From the IMG/VR virus record IMGVR_UViG_3300044728_000202, positions 1,515 through 65,514 of that record: 64,000 bases of DNA. One strand, written 5' to 3'. Under the pieces are notes generated by a model. The model searched no databases. It saw nothing but the letters and a program-made list of their open reading frames with translations, and was not told the DNA's origin. The position numbers and the translations under genes are program-made. Every line of letters starts with the position of its first letter. Position 1 is the first letter of the stretch. Source of the stretch: a virus. Taxonomy: Duplodnaviria; Caudoviricetes. Shown one piece after another: positions 62,302 through 64,000 of this stretch.

Positions 62302-62652
62302 TCATTTTTTGTTCCGGGGTAGGGCCGCACTGCTCTTCAGGTCAGGCGCGTTTTGTACGCCCGCCGCGGCGTCACGGTCAATCAGCCGATCGACGTCGGC
62401 TAAGTTCTTCACAACCGCCACCTCGGCACCGAGCGCAATATACGCTGCGTGGCGTGTGCTCTGGTGTTTCGTGGTGTGCGAGCGCCGCGGCTTTTTCACT
62501 TCGACAAAGATGACGCGGCCGCCTGGCAGCACGCATGTGCGGTCGAAATAACCGCGCGTTCCGAGCGCGATCGTCTTCTCGGCGATGCCGCCGGCCGCCT
62601 CGACGCGCTTCACCAGATAATCCTCGACGACATTTTCAAGCACTGTTGACAC
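62302..62652 (-). CDS. VRR-NUC domain nuclease
   Basis: LENVVEDYLVKRVEAAGG...GYFDRTCVLPGGRVIFVEVKKP...Q...H...LGAEVAVV. Confidence 0.9.
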   Translation of the reverse strand: MSTVLENVVEDYLVKRVEAAGGIAEKTIALGTRGYFDRTCVLPGGRVIFVEVKKPRRSHTTKHQSTRHAAYIALGAEVAVVKNLADVDRLIDRDAAAGVQNAPDLKSSAALPRNKK

Positions 62653-62674
62653 CGCACATAATTACGTTTATTTC
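62646..62674 (+). promoter_or_regulatory. sigma70-like promoter of the early + strand operon
   Basis: TTGACA-17-TATTTC; ACATAA cores nearby. Confidence 0.55.
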
Positions 62675-62718
62675 GTCGGACATAAACAGCTGACAGGTAC
62701 TATGCAAGGTGAATTGAT

Positions 62719-63153
62719 ATGACTGACCTCACGCCAAAATTCCGTGACAAAACGACCTTCTCCTGCGACGAGCTCGACAGCGCCCTGTGCGCTTGGGAGG
62801 TGATGATAGACTGGCATTCGAGCCGTCTGTCGGTCGAGCACCAATCCGACGCACGCAAGGCGATGAACATCTGGTGGGCCGGCTACGGCACCTCCGCCAT
62901 GCGCGACGTCGCCCAGCAAGCCGGCTCCATCTGCAACGACGTCTACCAGCACATGAAGGGGCAGGATTGCCTGTTCAACGAATCCTTCGACTGGGAGTTC
63001 GTCCCGGCCGTGCTGGCGCGCATCTCTTGGGACCAGCTGGTTCGTGACAATCTCTTGTCCGGGCCCGTCTATGCGCCCGACGTCGGCGCCATCTTCGACG
63101 CCATGCTGGCCGCCAACCCGGACGATTTCAGCAAGATCGAGGCGGTGACGTGA
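62719..63153 (+). CDS. hypothetical protein
   Basis: AAGGTG RBS; 144-aa ORF. Confidence 0.75.
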   Translation: MTDLTPKFRDKTTFSCDELDSALCAWEVMIDWHSSRLSVEHQSDARKAMNIWWAGYGTSAMRDVAQQAGSICNDVYQHMKGQDCLFNESFDWEFVPAVLARISWDQLVRDNLLSGPVYAPDVGAIFDAMLAANPDDFSKIEAVT

Positions 63154-63704
63154 TGCCACGCAACAAGCTCCCCGCCATCCCGTTCAACGCCGGCCACCCC
63201 GACGGTGGCGTCAAGCCGATCCCCATGTCTCCGCAGGAGGAAGCAGACCGCCTGCCGATGCACCCGCTGCTTGGCCGCTGGATGGCCTGCAATTGCGGCT
63301 CGCCGTCCTGCCGCCGCGTCTACCCGACGCGAATGGGGACGTTCAGCCAGGGCACCGGCTTCGAGCTCGAAGAGGCGCAGTCGCTGGTCGCCGAACTGAT
63401 CAAGGTCTGGCAGGTCACCGAGCTCCGTCACCTCAACGACACGCTACAGCGCCGCAACGACAGGCTGATACTGGCCTTCGCCGATCTGTCCGAAGAGATC
63501 GCCGAGATGCGCCGGCAACTCAAGAAGCGGCAGCCGCGCAGCGCCCGCAAGATCGACAGCGACATCGACAAGCTACGCAAGTCGATCGACCGCTTCGACA
63601 CCATCATCGGCAGGCAGGAAGAGATCCGGCGCCTGCGCGCCATGCTCGCCGCGATCGAAGCGGCCGCCAAGAAGGTACACGACGATGCCAACCAAGACAT
63701 TTGA
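63150..63704 (+). CDS. hypothetical coiled-coil protein
   Basis: GTGA overlap; CNCGSPSC then coiled coil. Confidence 0.7.
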   Translation: MMPRNKLPAIPFNAGHPDGGVKPIPMSPQEEADRLPMHPLLGRWMACNCGSPSCRRVYPTRMGTFSQGTGFELEEAQSLVAELIKVWQVTELRHLNDTLQRRNDRLILAFADLSEEIAEMRRQLKKRQPRSARKIDSDIDKLRKSIDRFDTIIGRQEEIRRLRAMLAAIEAAAKKVHDDANQDI

Positions 63705-63915
63705 GAAGCTCGCCATGCCGATGGACAACGCCACTTGGTGGAAGGAGGCGCGTCGCGCCGCCCGCTGGTGGTGGTCCTATGAGGAGCTCGTCGACGATGC
63801 CTGCGAGAACCTCAAGTTCCTGCAGGCGCAGGGCGCCGACCCTTACGATGCCGTCAAAGGCGTCGGCCAGGAGCTCGACCTGCACGAATTCGGGCCGGCT
63901 TTCGGAAGTTGGTGA
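63685..63915 (+). CDS. hypothetical protein
   Basis: 76-aa ORF. Confidence 0.65.
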   Translation: MPTKTFEKLAMPMDNATWWKEARRAARWWWSYEELVDDACENLKFLQAQGADPYDAVKGVGQELDLHEFGPAFGSW

Positions 63916-63919
63916 AGTG

Positions 63920-64000
63920 ATGGCGCGCACAGGCAAAGGCCGCTGGCCGAAACTCACCCTGATGGAACGGCTTCTTGCCCGGACCATCAAGACCGACACC
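63920..64000 (+). CDS. partial ORF, possibly start of an HNH endonuclease
   Basis: MARTGKGRWPKLTLMERLLARTIKTDT runs off the window. Confidence 0.4.
   Translation, partial: MARTGKGRWPKLTLMERLLARTIKTDT

Larger units (their letters stand above)
1..64000. mobile_element. Tailed dsDNA bacteriophage genome (podovirus-like), nearly complete; no flanking host DNA seen
   Basis: Terminase, portal, capsid, tail, lysis and replication modules fill the window; many ATGA/GTGA gene overlaps; no housekeeping genes. Confidence 0.97.

Overview
Nearly a whole ~64 kb high-GC tailed dsDNA phage (podovirus-like), probably of an Alphaproteobacterium (inferred from GC content, promoter style and a chromosomal-type parS). 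No host genes, integrase, tRNA or CRISPR array were found. The + strand carries early/replication genes (62.7-64 kb and 1-13.3 kb): DUF932, DUF2800-type nuclease, SSB, family A DNA polymerase, HNH, two ParB-like proteins, SNF2 helicase, DNA methylase and DUF550. The - strand carries primase-helicase, VRR-NUC and small early genes, then terS/terL, portal, scaffold, a CsrA-like gene, N4-gp56-type capsid, adaptors, two tail fibres, nozzle, ejection proteins, a ~3,940-aa polyvalent protein and a lysis cassette. Main observations: (1) a 55-aa ORF missed by the ORF track that looks like a YhhA-type triceptide (cyclophane RiPP) precursor, with no SPASM maturase in the window; (2) a CsrA-like gene plus the same CAGGA(C/A)G hairpin box in three late-gene leaders; (3) a perfect chromosomal-type parS palindrome between terS and terL; (4) the giant protein carries PG hydrolase, C5-MTase, JAB, ART, ParB-like and glycosylase-like modules and two overprinted small genes; (5) several structured-RNA candidates and a 3-copy 20-bp operator. 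All family assignments come from motif recognition by eye and need HMM or structure confirmation.
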